A DNA stretch of 64,000 nt from a virus (taxonomy: Duplodnaviria; Caudoviricetes), in the IMG/VR virus record IMGVR_UViG_3300032243_000596, positions 1-64,000 of that record; one strand, given 5' to 3'. The notes under the pieces were generated by a model. It made no database searches. It saw only the letters and a program-made list of their open reading frames with translations, and was not told the origin of the DNA. Shown in pieces: positions 37,711-47,288 of the stretch. The position numbers and the translations under genes were made by a program. Position 1 is the stretch's first letter; every line of letters begins with the position of its first letter.

Positions 37711-38534
37711 TTGTATTGTTTACTTTCAATTGATTCTACAAAAAATTTATCTACCACATAACCTGCAGGATCAAACTCTCGTTCTATGATGGCCTGATCG
37801 TAACGTCCAGGATATCGGTGATGGTTATTATGATAGACTTCTGCTGTATTTAACACTAGCAAAATAGGGTTATTATGACTGCCGTCGCTGGTGGCAAAGT
37901 TTCTATAACTAAAAGGCAGTCGAACGTGTACAAACCAGCGACTGAAAAAACTGTTCATTAGTATTTCCCACACCACTGGCATCATTACAAAGAATAGGGC
38001 AAATTGCCAATCAATGATCAAACTGACTGTGATCAGTATTGCCCATATGGCCAAGTAATTATCGGTGACAAATCTGGCGTGGGGATCCTGCATCACATCA
38101 TCCACTGTGGACCAACGTACCCGGCGACTTAAAAACCAACTGGGAGATCTTGTGGTCCATAAAAATATGGTGTGCCAGAATCCATCCACAGGACTGTGCA
38201 TATCGTGCTGTAAATCACTGTGCTTGTGATGATGTCTGTGTACCAATGCACTGATCGCAGGGTCTGCTTCGCCTATTAGAACACTGACCCAACATAGGAA
38301 AATGTGTTTGCGTCGTGTGGTCTTAAAACTTTTATGACTAAAGTATCTGTGTAAACCAATGCCGTTGGCAACCAGTGTTAGTATTCTATAGTATAGATAT
38401 GAATACAGCAACAGGATCCACTCGTTGGATAGGTAGCAATGTATGATGCCACACACAAAAGCCATCATACAACATATTTTTAATATGAATAGGCCTTTGG
38501 TATTGTTCATCTGGTTCTTAGTTGTTGGATCCAA
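37704..38534 (-). CDS. second fatty-acid desaturase-family protein
   Basis: HRYFSH, HRHHH, HNNHH. Confidence 0.8.
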   Translation of the reverse strand: MDPTTKNQMNNTKGLFILKICCMMAFVCGIIHCYLSNEWILLLYSYLYYRILTLVANGIGLHRYFSHKSFKTTRRKHIFLCWVSVLIGEADPAISALVHRHHHKHSDLQHDMHSPVDGFWHTIFLWTTRSPSWFLSRRVRWSTVDDVMQDPHARFVTDNYLAIWAILITVSLIIDWQFALFFVMMPVVWEILMNSFFSRWFVHVRLPFSYRNFATSDGSHNNPILLVLNTAEVYHNNHHRYPGRYDQAIIEREFDPAGYVVDKFFVESIESKQYKW

Positions 38535-39208
38535 TCCTGCAGATCTTGTTGACGTTGTGGGTGGGCGTAGTCTTCGGGATTGGTTGGGTCTTTTCCATCG
38601 GCAGCGTAACTTTGTTCTTTAAATGTTTCGTCATTGTTGCCGCCGGTCACGTCTGCACGATCGTGATAGACTTGTACTGGAATGTTACGCAATCTTCCCA
38701 GTGGTGCAGTCACATTGTATATCCACCAGTCACTGTGATTGACAGGACTGATGCAGCCAAAGAAGTCTAACCACCCTCTGGGGATGATAGGAAATAGGGC
38801 AAACGGGTGATCCATTGTGACACAAGGCATACGTAGTAGACCAAAGAAGCCGTCGTTCCGAACAATTTCTTCGTCCCAACCTTCTGTCAGCATAAGTGCG
38901 TCATCGTTCCAGAACATAATCCAGTCACCTGTGGCCTGTTCTGCCAAAAAGTTAACGTACTTGTACAAACGCAAGTAGCCAAAACGTTCTGTTTCAAACA
39001 CTCGACTGGTTGCGCTGGACTGCGCTAGGAAAGGAGTCCATACAGTTTCAAAGAACTCTCTACTTTCTAGATCGTCATCGTCGTATGCTACTAAGATTTC
39101 GATACGGCTGGTATCAGTGGCATTGGCCAATAGACTGCCAATACTTTTGACAACTGCTTCTGTGCGCTTGCGGGTGGGTAATAAAATTGATATTTTAGGT
39201 TTTGTCAT
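38507..39208 (-). CDS. GT2-like glycosyltransferase
   Basis: ISILLPTRKR, YDDDD, WNDDA. Confidence 0.75.
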   Translation of the reverse strand: MTKPKISILLPTRKRTEAVVKSIGSLLANATDTSRIEILVAYDDDDLESREFFETVWTPFLAQSSATSRVFETERFGYLRLYKYVNFLAEQATGDWIMFWNDDALMLTEGWDEEIVRNDGFFGLLRMPCVTMDHPFALFPIIPRGWLDFFGCISPVNHSDWWIYNVTAPLGRLRNIPVQVYHDRADVTGGNNDETFKEQSYAADGKDPTNPEDYAHPQRQQDLQDWIQQLRTR

Positions 39209-40805
39209 TCTTGATTTGTTCGAGTTTCTCTGCTACCAGCTCTTGTTCGCTGACACTTAATTGATCAATTTCATATTCGCCTGACTGCAATTTTTCTATT
39301 AAGAATAGTATATATTGTTCGTCGTAACTGTAGCTGTCGGTTTTGGTTTTGTCTACTTCAATCCACTTGTCGCCAGTAAACTTGTACAGTCTATTGGGCA
39401 AGTAGTCCACACGTAGGAACATTTCTCCGCGATCCGCACCTTCGGGGAATCGTGTGCCAAAACTGCTTTTGACCGCTGTGCCTTCTATGTTATCAGCGGC
39501 CAGACTTAAATGTTTTTCATAGTGCTGTGTTTCGGGCACCGGCGCCGATTCTGTTTTTACTCGCTGTGCTGTTTCGGGAACTTTGGGAAACTTGGACACT
39601 GGCTCGGCCACATAGTCACCCGGACGATCCACAACGTCAACGTCCGCAGCAGGTATTTGGGGTTCTTCTGCCAATGGTTGGTCACTGTCCACGTGCAATT
39701 CTTCTACAGGTTCTTGGTATTCTGCTATGCGACTGGGCATAGGTTTTAAGTCATCAAAGTGTACAAATGGTGTGAGCAAGTATGGATGCTGTTGTTGCGT
39801 GTACATCCAACCAGCAGGATGCGGGTCTTTGCCTTCCTGTTTTGCTGATTCTTTAATTTGTTCAATCTGTTCTTCTGTCAACGGACCGTCATCCATTGGA
39901 TAATCGGGCTCATTGATCTCTTCGGCAAATTCATAAATGGGATTATTTGCAGACACTGGTGGTTCAACCGGAACCACAATAGGTGTTGTATTAAACGCTT
40001 GGGTCAACTCATCTGCTTGATGGTCCAGCCAATGGGGCGGTTCCTTTTCTTCCTTTATCCATTTTATACTTTGCTGTGCGGCCAGTATTAGTACCAGTGC
40101 CAAAGGGTCAAACACTAGTACAATAATGATAATGACCAATCGTACTGCTTTTTCAAGAACACCTTGATCGGGGTTGTCTCCATAGACCAAGGCGGCAATA
40201 TATTTGATGGGCCCTACTTCACTTTCTACTTTGCGGAACTCCGCACGTAAGGGCGCGGCCTCTTCGTTAAATGCTGTGATTTTCTTTTGGGCTTCTGCAA
40301 TGTCCTGAGCCAGTCGGCCACGTTCTTTCTGCTGGGCTCGTCGAATGGCCACAGCTTTTTCTGCGCCTCTTTCATCCGAACTGCGACCCATAACCTGGTC
40401 CACAGATTCATCCATTTGTTTGAGAGCCTTGCGACTAGCCTCTATGTTGTCCCGCTCGATTTTAATCTTCTCGTCATAGACAGCAACCTTGGCCATACTG
40501 TCGCCCGACACCAAACTTTGATCGCTGTGTGCTTTGCTGAGAAATCCAAAGATGCCCATACTGGTCAGTAACATTAAAAATGCCACTGCGGGCACCAGAT
40601 AAAATTTATAAAGCAAACTGGCTCGGTGCCAATTCATCTTTAACCAAACTGCGGCAGTGACTTTGCCAACCTCCAAGCTGGCTCCCATAATAAGAATAGG
40701 AATAACTGCGGCTGAGAAAATAGCAGTAAGACCCACGATACTATAGTATGCGGCAACTGCACTAATAACTAGGGCAACAAATAGAGTAAAGTATCCGAAT
40801 ATCAT
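39195..40805 (-). CDS. membrane protein with coiled coil and Pro/Glu-rich linker
   Basis: TM helices, long coiled coil; TTGCAA-17-TATAAT-6-ATG. Confidence 0.8.
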   Translation of the reverse strand: MIFGYFTLFVALVISAVAAYYSIVGLTAIFSAAVIPILIMGASLEVGKVTAAVWLKMNWHRASLLYKFYLVPAVAFLMLLTSMGIFGFLSKAHSDQSLVSGDSMAKVAVYDEKIKIERDNIEASRKALKQMDESVDQVMGRSSDERGAEKAVAIRRAQQKERGRLAQDIAEAQKKITAFNEEAAPLRAEFRKVESEVGPIKYIAALVYGDNPDQGVLEKAVRLVIIIIVLVFDPLALVLILAAQQSIKWIKEEKEPPHWLDHQADELTQAFNTTPIVVPVEPPVSANNPIYEFAEEINEPDYPMDDGPLTEEQIEQIKESAKQEGKDPHPAGWMYTQQQHPYLLTPFVHFDDLKPMPSRIAEYQEPVEELHVDSDQPLAEEPQIPAADVDVVDRPGDYVAEPVSKFPKVPETAQRVKTESAPVPETQHYEKHLSLAADNIEGTAVKSSFGTRFPEGADRGEMFLRVDYLPNRLYKFTGDKWIEVDKTKTDSYSYDEQYILFLIEKLQSGEYEIDQLSVSEQELVAEKLEQIKNDKT

Positions 40806-40863
40806 CTTGCTATTATAAAATAAAAGTCAACTGATTGCAAATACAATTCAGCCAATTCAATAT

Positions 40864-41223
40864 TTATCGGATTTTTATTTGTTCGTTAGCAACTTGACGG
40901 TCACTGTACAATTTGCGACCTCGAACACGTATCAAATCGGCCGACCCTTGTGGATCCATTTCAAACATTGAGCGCATATCCTCTGTGCTTATGCTGTCAT
41001 CTGTGTCTATGGCATAGATCTCATAGTGCCTTTGATGGTTGAATCTGGCTCTCAGCATTAGAGCATTGACTATATGACCCACGTCCGGATCTCTGCCATT
41101 ATTCCACGGCTGGTCTTGTGTGGACTTGAGTGTGTCCCATACTTTGCGCTTTTCAATATCGCTGATATTGACGCAGGCTTCAAGACCCAGCTGATCCCAA
41201 CTGAGTACGTAAGTGTGGCTCAT
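40864..41223 (-). CDS. hypothetical protein
   Basis: RARFNHQRHYEIY; operon context. Confidence 0.7.
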   Translation of the reverse strand: MSHTYVLSWDQLGLEACVNISDIEKRKVWDTLKSTQDQPWNNGRDPDVGHIVNALMLRARFNHQRHYEIYAIDTDDSISTEDMRSMFEMDPQGSADLIRVRGRKLYSDRQVANEQIKIR

Positions 41224-41399
41224 AGTTGACTTTTAATACGTTGGATTAATTCATTGGCTTGTTGGTACTGATCGTCCAACAGGATTTCTTCCATAAGTTC
41301 AGCCAAGCTGGTCATATCGTAAGTCTGAGTCCAGCTTATTTTGTACAGTTCTTGGCTGTTGTTTGCCTGATCAATTTGACGTTTGCGCCACCCGCTCAT
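41220..41399 (-). CDS. hypothetical protein
   Basis: start MSGWRKRQI. Confidence 0.6.
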   Translation of the reverse strand: MSGWRKRQIDQANNSQELYKISWTQTYDMTSLAELMEEILLDDQYQQANELIQRIKSQL

Positions 41400-41403
41400 A
41401 TGA

Positions 41404-41673
41404 TTAGTCCTTGTAGTAGTGTTTTTGCCGTGCCTGTTCTCGGCCGTCTTGTATGGCACTTTGGAATTTATGCACCATTGCCTTATAATCATCCGAGCCT
41501 TTGATGGGCCATCGGGGTCTAAAGTAGTCGGCTTCGGCCACTACACCAATCACTGCCATAAACATACAAAAAGGAATCATTATGGGTTGATTCCAAAATA
41601 TACCAAAGAACATACCCACTGTACACAATAGATACAGTAGATAAAACCCAAACTGTGCTAGTTTATCTTTCAT
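41404..41673 (-). CDS. small membrane protein
   Basis: two TM segments. Confidence 0.6.
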   Translation of the reverse strand: MKDKLAQFGFYLLYLLCTVGMFFGIFWNQPIMIPFCMFMAVIGVVAEADYFRPRWPIKGSDDYKAMVHKFQSAIQDGREQARQKHYYKD

Positions 41674-41963
41674 ACGATTATATCTATGTGTTTGCCTAAA
41701 TATTTGGAATATTGATACAAGCCATATTCAACATTTCTTTTTACATTTAGATATCTATTAACTTCATCGATATCTTTTTTATAATTCCAATCATTCAAAT
41801 GGGCACGATTAGTTTCAAGGTCTTGTTTTTTAACCTTGTAATATTCGTTTACCTTTTCTTGATGCACCTTATGCAAATGCTCAGTCTTAACTTTTTTAAG
41901 ATTGTATACTGCTGAAGTATCAATAGGTGGTATTTGATTTGTATTGGGAACTTTTATATTCAT
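41670..41963 (-). CDS. hypothetical protein
   Basis: ends GKHIDIIV; AT-rich. Confidence 0.6.
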   Translation of the reverse strand: MNIKVPNTNQIPPIDTSAVYNLKKVKTEHLHKVHQEKVNEYYKVKKQDLETNRAHLNDWNYKKDIDEVNRYLNVKRNVEYGLYQYSKYLGKHIDIIV

Positions 41964-41965
41964 TT

Positions 41966-42127
41966 TTATTGGATGGTTTTAGCATCAATTATGATTACTA
42001 TACCAATTAAAAAGAACATTGCGCCTTGATTAATATTGCCATTGAGCGAATCCATAACGCCCGTAATCAAGTTCATCGCGCCCACTGTGTAGCCAATCGT
42101 TCGACGGTTACGACCAAACCATTCCAT
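41966..42127 (-). CDS. 53-aa membrane protein (not in ORF track)
   Basis: MEWFGRNRRTIGYTVGAMNLITGVMDSLNGNINQGAMFFLIGIVIIIDAKTIQ. Confidence 0.6.
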   Translation of the reverse strand: MEWFGRNRRTIGYTVGAMNLITGVMDSLNGNINQGAMFFLIGIVIIIDAKTIQ

Positions 42128-42131
42128 AAAT

Positions 42132-42455
42132 TTAATCATTGTTTACCTTTAAGTTTAATATATCTACATCGTTGGGCAATATCTCTATGGCCAGTTCGGG
42201 CGTCTGTTCAATTATGCCGCCCAGGACCGAATGTCCGTAGCCCGTAGATCCATAGCCTCTCTTGTGACATTTATATATGCTTCCGCTGGAGCCAGCAAAA
42301 AGATAATAGTCACCTTGTTCTGTAATTCCAGTAATACCTGAATTTAACTTCCAAGAATCTCCGTAGAGGTAACTGCCTGACCAAGTGGCAAATACTCGGT
42401 AGTGTGGATCCTTGCCGTTAAGTTTGACAATTAACCATTTATTTGGTGTGTACAT
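42132..42455 (-). CDS. phage hypothetical protein
   Basis: start MYTPNKW; WSGSYLYGDSWKLNSGI. Confidence 0.75.
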   Translation of the reverse strand: MYTPNKWLIVKLNGKDPHYRVFATWSGSYLYGDSWKLNSGITGITEQGDYYLFAGSSGSIYKCHKRGYGSTGYGHSVLGGIIEQTPELAIEILPNDVDILNLKVNND

Positions 42456-42663
42456 TATCTTCAACTCCAAAATGTTGCCGCACATACGAACCAGGGGGCG
42501 TCCACTGGTGTGCATTAATTGTGGCAATATCAGCACATTCCCGCACAATCAACTCGGCGAACTTTTCTACATCAAAGTTACTGTCTACCATAAAACGTTT
42601 TTGATCGTAGACCTGATGCCAAGCATTACATTGTAAAGCGAGTTCTTTAATTCTTTTGTTCAC
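42439..42663 (-). CDS. small protein, MNxRIxEL..FAELIVxEC..HFGV family
   Basis: paralog of 43483-43734 and 43731-43952. Confidence 0.7.
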   Translation of the reverse strand: MNKRIKELALQCNAWHQVYDQKRFMVDSNFDVEKFAELIVRECADIATINAHQWTPPGSYVRQHFGVEDNVHTK

Positions 42664-42739
42664 ATTATCACCGTTACATTGTTGCTAACCAAGTGAACAT
42701 ACAACGCCACTGTTACAGTCAGACAAAAAAGATAATCAA

Positions 42740-42937
42740 TCATCGCTGTACCCGTCGGCATTCAAATACGCCGGGAAACATCTTGCCTTCCCGTACCAAT
42801 TGATCCATATAGGTTACCATACTAGTCCGGGTCTTTTCGCAATCTGCAATCTCCTTAAATTGACTAATGTGTTCTATATGGAAGCCTGGAATGCCCGCCT
42901 GGGTTGTGACCAAAAAGGTAAAAATCAATTCATACAT
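42740..42937 (-). CDS. hypothetical protein
   Basis: two Cys; operon context. Confidence 0.6.
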   Translation of the reverse strand: MYELIFTFLVTTQAGIPGFHIEHISQFKEIADCEKTRTSMVTYMDQLVREGKMFPGVFECRRVQR

Positions 42938-43151
42938 CTGTCATTTCCTTAGTCAAGCACGTAGCCGCATCATCATATCCATTGTCAACAAGTTTTTGAA
43001 TACATTCTTTTACACTTAGTCTGTGCATTTCCTGTACAGCAAAGCCTGCAAAAACATTGTCAACATCACTGACCCGATAGTCTACGGCTTTACACTTTTC
43101 AAAGGCCGTACTGTACGAGGTCATAGCAAGTTGTTTAATTAGGGTATTCAT
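42930..43151 (-). CDS. divergent member of the same small-protein family
   Basis: MNTLIKQLA...SVKECI. Confidence 0.55.
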   Translation of the reverse strand: MNTLIKQLAMTSYSTAFEKCKAVDYRVSDVDNVFAGFAVQEMHRLSVKECIQKLVDNGYDDAATCLTKEMTDV

Positions 43152-43268
43152 TTAATAATTCCATAAAGCATATACAAACACAGAAACAGCAACAATCATT
43201 ATGCCGGGTTGTATTACACAATACACAAGAAACGGTATAATAAAATCTGGGTCTAAATATTTGCTCAT
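43152..43268 (-). CDS. 38-aa membrane peptide (not in ORF track)
   Basis: MSKYLDPDFIIPFLVYCVIQPGIMIVAVSVFVYALWNY; ATGA coupling. Confidence 0.55.
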   Translation of the reverse strand: MSKYLDPDFIIPFLVYCVIQPGIMIVAVSVFVYALWNY

Positions 43269-43486
43269 TCTTCAACTCCGAATGATTTTTTGTATAAATC
43301 TAATTCTTTAGTTGGAACCCATTCTTCAACTGGATCTTTACTATTAGATTTCATACGCAAGTATGAATAGTCAGAAAAATCAAACTTCCCATTGTTTCGT
43401 TGAACAGACAGGACAATTTCAATAGGATTGCCTGTGCTATCTGTTCTCGGTCCTCTGACCAATATAAAATCTGTTTGTGGTATCAT
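43265..43486 (-). CDS. hypothetical protein
   Basis: ends SFGVEE. Confidence 0.55.
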   Translation of the reverse strand: MIPQTDFILVRGPRTDSTGNPIEIVLSVQRNNGKFDFSDYSYLRMKSNSKDPVEEWVPTKELDLYKKSFGVEE

Positions 43487-43734
43487 TTTGTAACTCCAAA
43501 GTGTTCTTTCAATTCTTCACCTAAGTCTTGTATCAACCTAGTGTGAATATCGTAAATATCTTCCCACTTGGCTGAATGTCCAGGAACCAAATCATATGTT
43601 GTAATCTTTTCAATACATTCCTCTACAATCAACTCGGCGAACTTTACAGGATCCAATTCACCAGCAACATAATCACCATTGCCTTCTAAAATGATTGCTT
43701 GGTCATACAGTTCTTGAATTCGTTCGTTCATCAT
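43483..43734 (-). CDS. small protein, FAELIVEEC family
   Basis: MNERIQEL...KFAELIVEEC...HFGV. Confidence 0.7.
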   Translation of the reverse strand: MMNERIQELYDQAIILEGNGDYVAGELDPVKFAELIVEECIEKITTYDLVPGHSAKWEDIYDIHTRLIQDLGEELKEHFGVTK

Positions 43735-43952
43735 TCAACCTCAAAATGTTTCTTAATGTGTTTTGCTACAGTATAGCCTTGCCCTATTGTAAGTCCGTCA
43801 TAGTGATATGCAGTGTCAGCACACTCATTGACCAACAACTTGGCAAAATGATCTGCAAATTTTTGCAAGTCTTGGTAAGTCATCTCCGTCCACGTATGGC
43901 TAAACTTGTCATCTAACGTCTTATCAAATAATTTCTTAGCGATCGAATTCAC
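43731..43952 (-). CDS. small protein, FAxLLVxEC family
   Basis: FAKLLVNECA...KHFEVE; GTG start inferred. Confidence 0.6.
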   Translation of the reverse strand: MNSIAKKLFDKTLDDKFSHTWTEMTYQDLQKFADHFAKLLVNECADTAYHYDGLTIGQGYTVAKHIKKHFEVE

Positions 43953-44178
43953 AGTATTCTTTCTGGGGAGCATAGCCCTTGTAGTACTCAGCCATTTCGT
44001 CAAGCTCGAGATCTGTTGGTGCCGGTTCTTGGGGCATTTCGTCCATTGCTTCCATCTGCTCCAGCACGTCATAGACCAGTTCAGTGTCGATGCCTAAGGT
44101 ACGAGCTATTGTAGCAGGAAACGTTCCTTTTTGCAATTCTTTTTGAATATCATAATAAAGTTCGCTCATCGTACTCAT
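43936..44178 (-). CDS. hypothetical protein
   Basis: acidic small ORF. Confidence 0.65.
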   Translation of the reverse strand: MSTMSELYYDIQKELQKGTFPATIARTLGIDTELVYDVLEQMEAMDEMPQEPAPTDLELDEMAEYYKGYAPQKEYCEFDR

Positions 44179-44179
44179 A

Positions 44180-44413
44180 TCAAGTGTCCTTTTGATTTAG
44201 AAAAAACATTGTTAAATCGGTGCCTTCAACTCTCACCAGTTCAGCACCTTGTTGCAAAATATTTTGCCAGGACTCATCGCCCCACTTGACTTCAACTCTA
44301 CCTGTAACAGTAAATTTGTCAACCTGCCCCAATTTAAATTCTCTGTGATTGGGACGAATAAAGACCACATTGTCGCCAATGTTCAAGTCCCGGCCTAGAT
44401 AATCTCGAGTCAT
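44180..44413 (-). CDS. SH3/KOW-like hypothetical protein
   Basis: DYLGRDLNIGDNVVF. Confidence 0.65.
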   Translation of the reverse strand: MTRDYLGRDLNIGDNVVFIRPNHREFKLGQVDKFTVTGRVEVKWGDESWQNILQQGAELVRVEGTDLTMFFLNQKDT

Positions 44414-44416
44414 CAG

Positions 44417-44791
44417 TCAAGCGTGAGCCACAAGATAACGATAGGGCAAGCCCAACAAGAAGCAAAGGTACTCGTCGTCACCATTGCTACCTTCTGCTTC
44501 GTGGAACCAACGGATGGCCGTTTGGCGTGTCTTAGCACCCGACTGGATAAAGCTGGTGACCTGCGCTTCGAAACGCTCTACAGCCTTAGCTTCACTGGCC
44601 AACTGCTCTTTGTAGTTGGCTTCAATGGTCCGGCCCAACTGAACGAACTCAGCTTCAAACTGGCTCTCTGTCCAAAGGGTAGTATCAACACCGCGGGGGC
44701 GAACGCCATAGGCATCCTTGTACATATCCGAGTATTGGCAAGCATATTGCTCTAGCACGGACATCTCTTCCCACGTTTTAAATGCTTCCAT
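44417..44791 (-). CDS. phage hypothetical protein
   Basis: start MEAFKT; YSDMYKDAYGVRPR; promoter TTGCAC-17-TATAAT at 44822-44850. Confidence 0.75.
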   Translation of the reverse strand: MEAFKTWEEMSVLEQYACQYSDMYKDAYGVRPRGVDTTLWTESQFEAEFVQLGRTIEANYKEQLASEAKAVERFEAQVTSFIQSGAKTRQTAIRWFHEAEGSNGDDEYLCFLLGLPYRYLVAHA

Positions 44792-44867
44792 TGCTCGCTC
44801 CTTTTGTGTCTGTATGCCAGTATTATAATGCCAATTTGAATTTCGTGCAACCAAAAATTTGTAGTAC

Positions 44868-45182
44868 TTAATACTGATTCAGTGCAGGGCACAATTCAGC
44901 AATCAAACCACGTTCCATATTATGGGCGTCTTTGCGACCGCGTATGGTGGCAATGACTTCCATTTCAAATGCTTCTGCGCCGTGAGCACGTATGCTACGG
45001 CACAGGTTCCAATCTTTGCCCTCTGTGAGCGCACGACGAACGTGTTTTTGGAAACGCACTTTAATGGCTTTTTTGATTTGTTGGGCACAAACTGTAATAC
45101 CTATGTAGTACTCGCCGGTGTTAGTGTTGGCTAACATATAAACAGCGTGTTTGCGATCTTGTCTGGCTTTGCGTTTCATCAT
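44868..45182 (-). CDS. GIY-YIG endonuclease-like protein
   Basis: AVYML...YYIGIT...RFQKH...E; TTGCTC-17-TATAAT-6-ATG. Confidence 0.78.
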   Translation of the reverse strand: MMKRKARQDRKHAVYMLANTNTGEYYIGITVCAQQIKKAIKVRFQKHVRRALTEGKDWNLCRSIRAHGAEAFEMEVIATIRGRKDAHNMERGLIAELCPALNQY

Positions 45183-45247
45183 AATGATATTATAACACCA
45201 AAATGAATAATGAGCAATACCCCTACAAAATGGTTGGGTATTACACA

Positions 45248-45267
45248 AGTAATACTTGAGTACTACT
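45248..45267. repeat. promoter-associated palindrome copy
   Basis: AGTAATAC-TTGA-GTACTACT. Confidence 0.8.
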
Positions 45268-45520
45268 TTTTGGACCCGCTTTTTAGTACTACTTTGGTTT
45301 TAGTTTTTTTCGGGGCGAATTCTTGCTCGGTATAGTACTCAACAAGTTTATATCTGATATTGGCGGGTAGATCAGTGTGGGGTTCTTCTAGAATAAATTG
45401 CCAACTGCACTTGCGCCAACTTTTTAATTTTAGAAAATCATAGTATGCACGTCTGTGTCCACTATTGGCAGGGTCAAAAACAGCGTGGGGCTTGTTGCCC
45501 AGTAACCAAGTTTTTAACAT
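45263..45520 (-). CDS. hypothetical protein
   Basis: FDPANSGHRRAYYDFLK. Confidence 0.7.
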   Translation of the reverse strand: MLKTWLLGNKPHAVFDPANSGHRRAYYDFLKLKSWRKCSWQFILEEPHTDLPANIRYKLVEYYTEQEFAPKKTKTKVVLKSGSKK

Positions 45521-45523
45521 AAT

Positions 45524-45733
45524 TTAATGTACAGTTTCGTTGTCAAATTCAGTTATGCCAAAAACGTTCATAACTCGTTGTACACGCTCGGGTGTTTCCA
45601 TTGTGGACTCTTCGGGCAACAGTACGCTTTTTAAATTGCCCTTGGCATCTACTACAAAGATGTAATCTCCTTCGGCTATGCTGTCGACGAAATCATCTTC
45701 ATTTAGTGTTGGACTTGTTGGGGTAGGTCTCAT
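45524..45733 (-). CDS. hypothetical protein
   Basis: acidic small ORF. Confidence 0.65.
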   Translation of the reverse strand: MRPTPTSPTLNEDDFVDSIAEGDYIFVVDAKGNLKSVLLPEESTMETPERVQRVMNVFGITEFDNETVH

Positions 45734-46385
45734 TGTATTGTCGCTCCAAAAGTTTATAATAACGCTGTGCTCGCTTTTCTAATTTTAACACCACAGGACT
45801 CTTTTTGTCAAAGACCCTAGTATATGTTTTGTAAACACGAGTGCGTTCAATATCAGTGGGTTGAATCTCTATTGGGTTAAAAGAATCAATTGCCATTTCG
45901 GCCGCCGCAATATAAGCATAAGCGTCGACTTCGTCGTTGTCCCCGTAGTATTCTTCTTGCTCTTTCAAACGGGGGTGTGGGTTATAACTTTTGTAAGGTT
46001 TGGGCCACTTGAAATCTCTGCGTCTAAACTGATGCAGGTGTACATACTCGTGACCCAAAATGTTGGCAAAGTCCACGCACAATTCACTCCAGTGATTGCG
46101 ACTCATATCAGACTCATCAAAAGTAAATGTGGGTTTCTTTTTAGGAAATTGAATTTCAATTTCAATGGGTTTTGAATGACCTTCTTCGTCTAGTTCGGAG
46201 TCGTAAACACCAGCAACTTCTAACTCATTACTGGCAATACTCAAAGATCTATTGCTTATGATTTTACAATCAGGGTAAGTAACTACTGCACGTATTTTTT
46301 TAAGTATAACTGTTTGATCAACAGTTTGACCCGCTAACCGATCGTAGATATGGTAAAGTTTGCTCAGCAGTTGGAAGTAGTTCAT
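45699..46385 (-). CDS. HExxH putative metallopeptidase
   Basis: GHEYVHLHQ...DEVDAYA. Confidence 0.65.
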   Translation of the reverse strand: MNYFQLLSKLYHIYDRLAGQTVDQTVILKKIRAVVTYPDCKIISNRSLSIASNELEVAGVYDSELDEEGHSKPIEIEIQFPKKKPTFTFDESDMSRNHWSELCVDFANILGHEYVHLHQFRRRDFKWPKPYKSYNPHPRLKEQEEYYGDNDEVDAYAYIAAAEMAIDSFNPIEIQPTDIERTRVYKTYTRVFDKKSPVVLKLEKRAQRYYKLLERQYNETYPNKSNTK

Positions 46386-46386
46386 T

Positions 46387-46710
46387 TTACTTAAAAATTA
46401 TAAATGCCATCAGTGTGGCCTGAACCATAAATCCAGCGCCAATGGTAACTGTATTTAATTGATCTTTCAACAGTATGGCACGGGCAAATAGCAGCATCAA
46501 ACCAGCCCATAGAAACAGCACAATATCAAAAGTTGGTGCCCTGTCACTTAGTCCGGTCATCAGAGCCAGTAAACTGGGAATGGTTGCACAATGTAGTACT
46601 ATGGCGGCCAACCAGCCCAGGGTGTCTGCTGTGATCTTTTTAAAGCGGTCCAAAAAGAACTTGCGAATTAAAACCCACACGCCCAGTAGGGTAACGTTGT
46701 TAATTTCCAC
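46387..46710 (-). CDS. multi-pass membrane protein
   Basis: GTG start with AAGGA; three TM helices; follows the hydrolase. Confidence 0.65.
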   Translation of the reverse strand: MEINNVTLLGVWVLIRKFFLDRFKKITADTLGWLAAIVLHCATIPSLLALMTGLSDRAPTFDIVLFLWAGLMLLFARAILLKDQLNTVTIGAGFMVQATLMAFIIFK

Positions 46711-46712
46711 TT

Positions 46713-47288
46713 TTATTCCTTGTAAAAGATGTGTTGACCAATTTGATTGATGCGCTGTTTGCGCCAACCAGGATTGACATAGGAAGCGTGATAATACAAC
46801 GCTTCGTTAAGGCTTGTCAATCTAAATCCTTCCAATAGAACTTTTTTGGCTGCTTCTTCACTTTCGGCATAGAGCTTGGCATAGATGGGTTTTGTCTTGT
46901 GTGCTGTTTCACAGGCCCAGCTGAATTGGCAAATTACTTTTTGGTAAAATACATTTTTTTGGTAAACCACGCCACATACACCTTCACCAAAACGGCCACT
47001 TTTTACACGATTCATTGTGACCTGTGCCACCGCGACTTTACCCTCAAAAGGTTCACTGGCGGCCTCCCAATAGATATTTTTAGTCAAGCAGTCAAGTTGC
47101 TTGGTACGTTCTGCGGCTGTGATGACCACTTGGTCTTGTGTTGCCAATTCTGAACGTAGATGATTCAGTTTGTTTTTTGTCACTGATGTCAGCAACATTG
47201 CGATAATTGCAAATCCTAAAAGTAACATTGTTACCTTGGTTGCAGAAATCACTCTCTCGTAATAATGATTTGATATAGCTAGGGCCAT
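46713..47288 (-). CDS. SleB-like cell wall hydrolase
   Basis: CLTKNIYWEAASE, VAQVTMNRV, CQFSW, YYHASYVNPGW, HIFY; promoter at 47377-47405. Confidence 0.9.
   Translation of the reverse strand: MALAISNHYYERVISATKVTMLLLGFAIIAMLLTSVTKNKLNHLRSELATQDQVVITAAERTKQLDCLTKNIYWEAASEPFEGKVAVAQVTMNRVKSGRFGEGVCGVVYQKNVFYQKVICQFSWACETAHKTKPIYAKLYAESEEAAKKVLLEGFRLTSLNEALYYHASYVNPGWRKQRINQIGQHIFYKE

Noticed and set aside
41220-41492. Long N-terminal extensions of track ORFs (also 2755-3039, 7013, 24528, 24851, 42548, 44072, 45248)
   Set aside because: They overlap upstream genes or promoters; downstream starts fit SD or promoter spacing better.
45093-45112. Palindrome-like TGTAATAC-CTAT-GTAGTACT inside the GIY-YIG gene
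   Set aside because: It encodes the conserved EYYIGIT motif, so coding constraint can explain it; autoregulation is not excluded.
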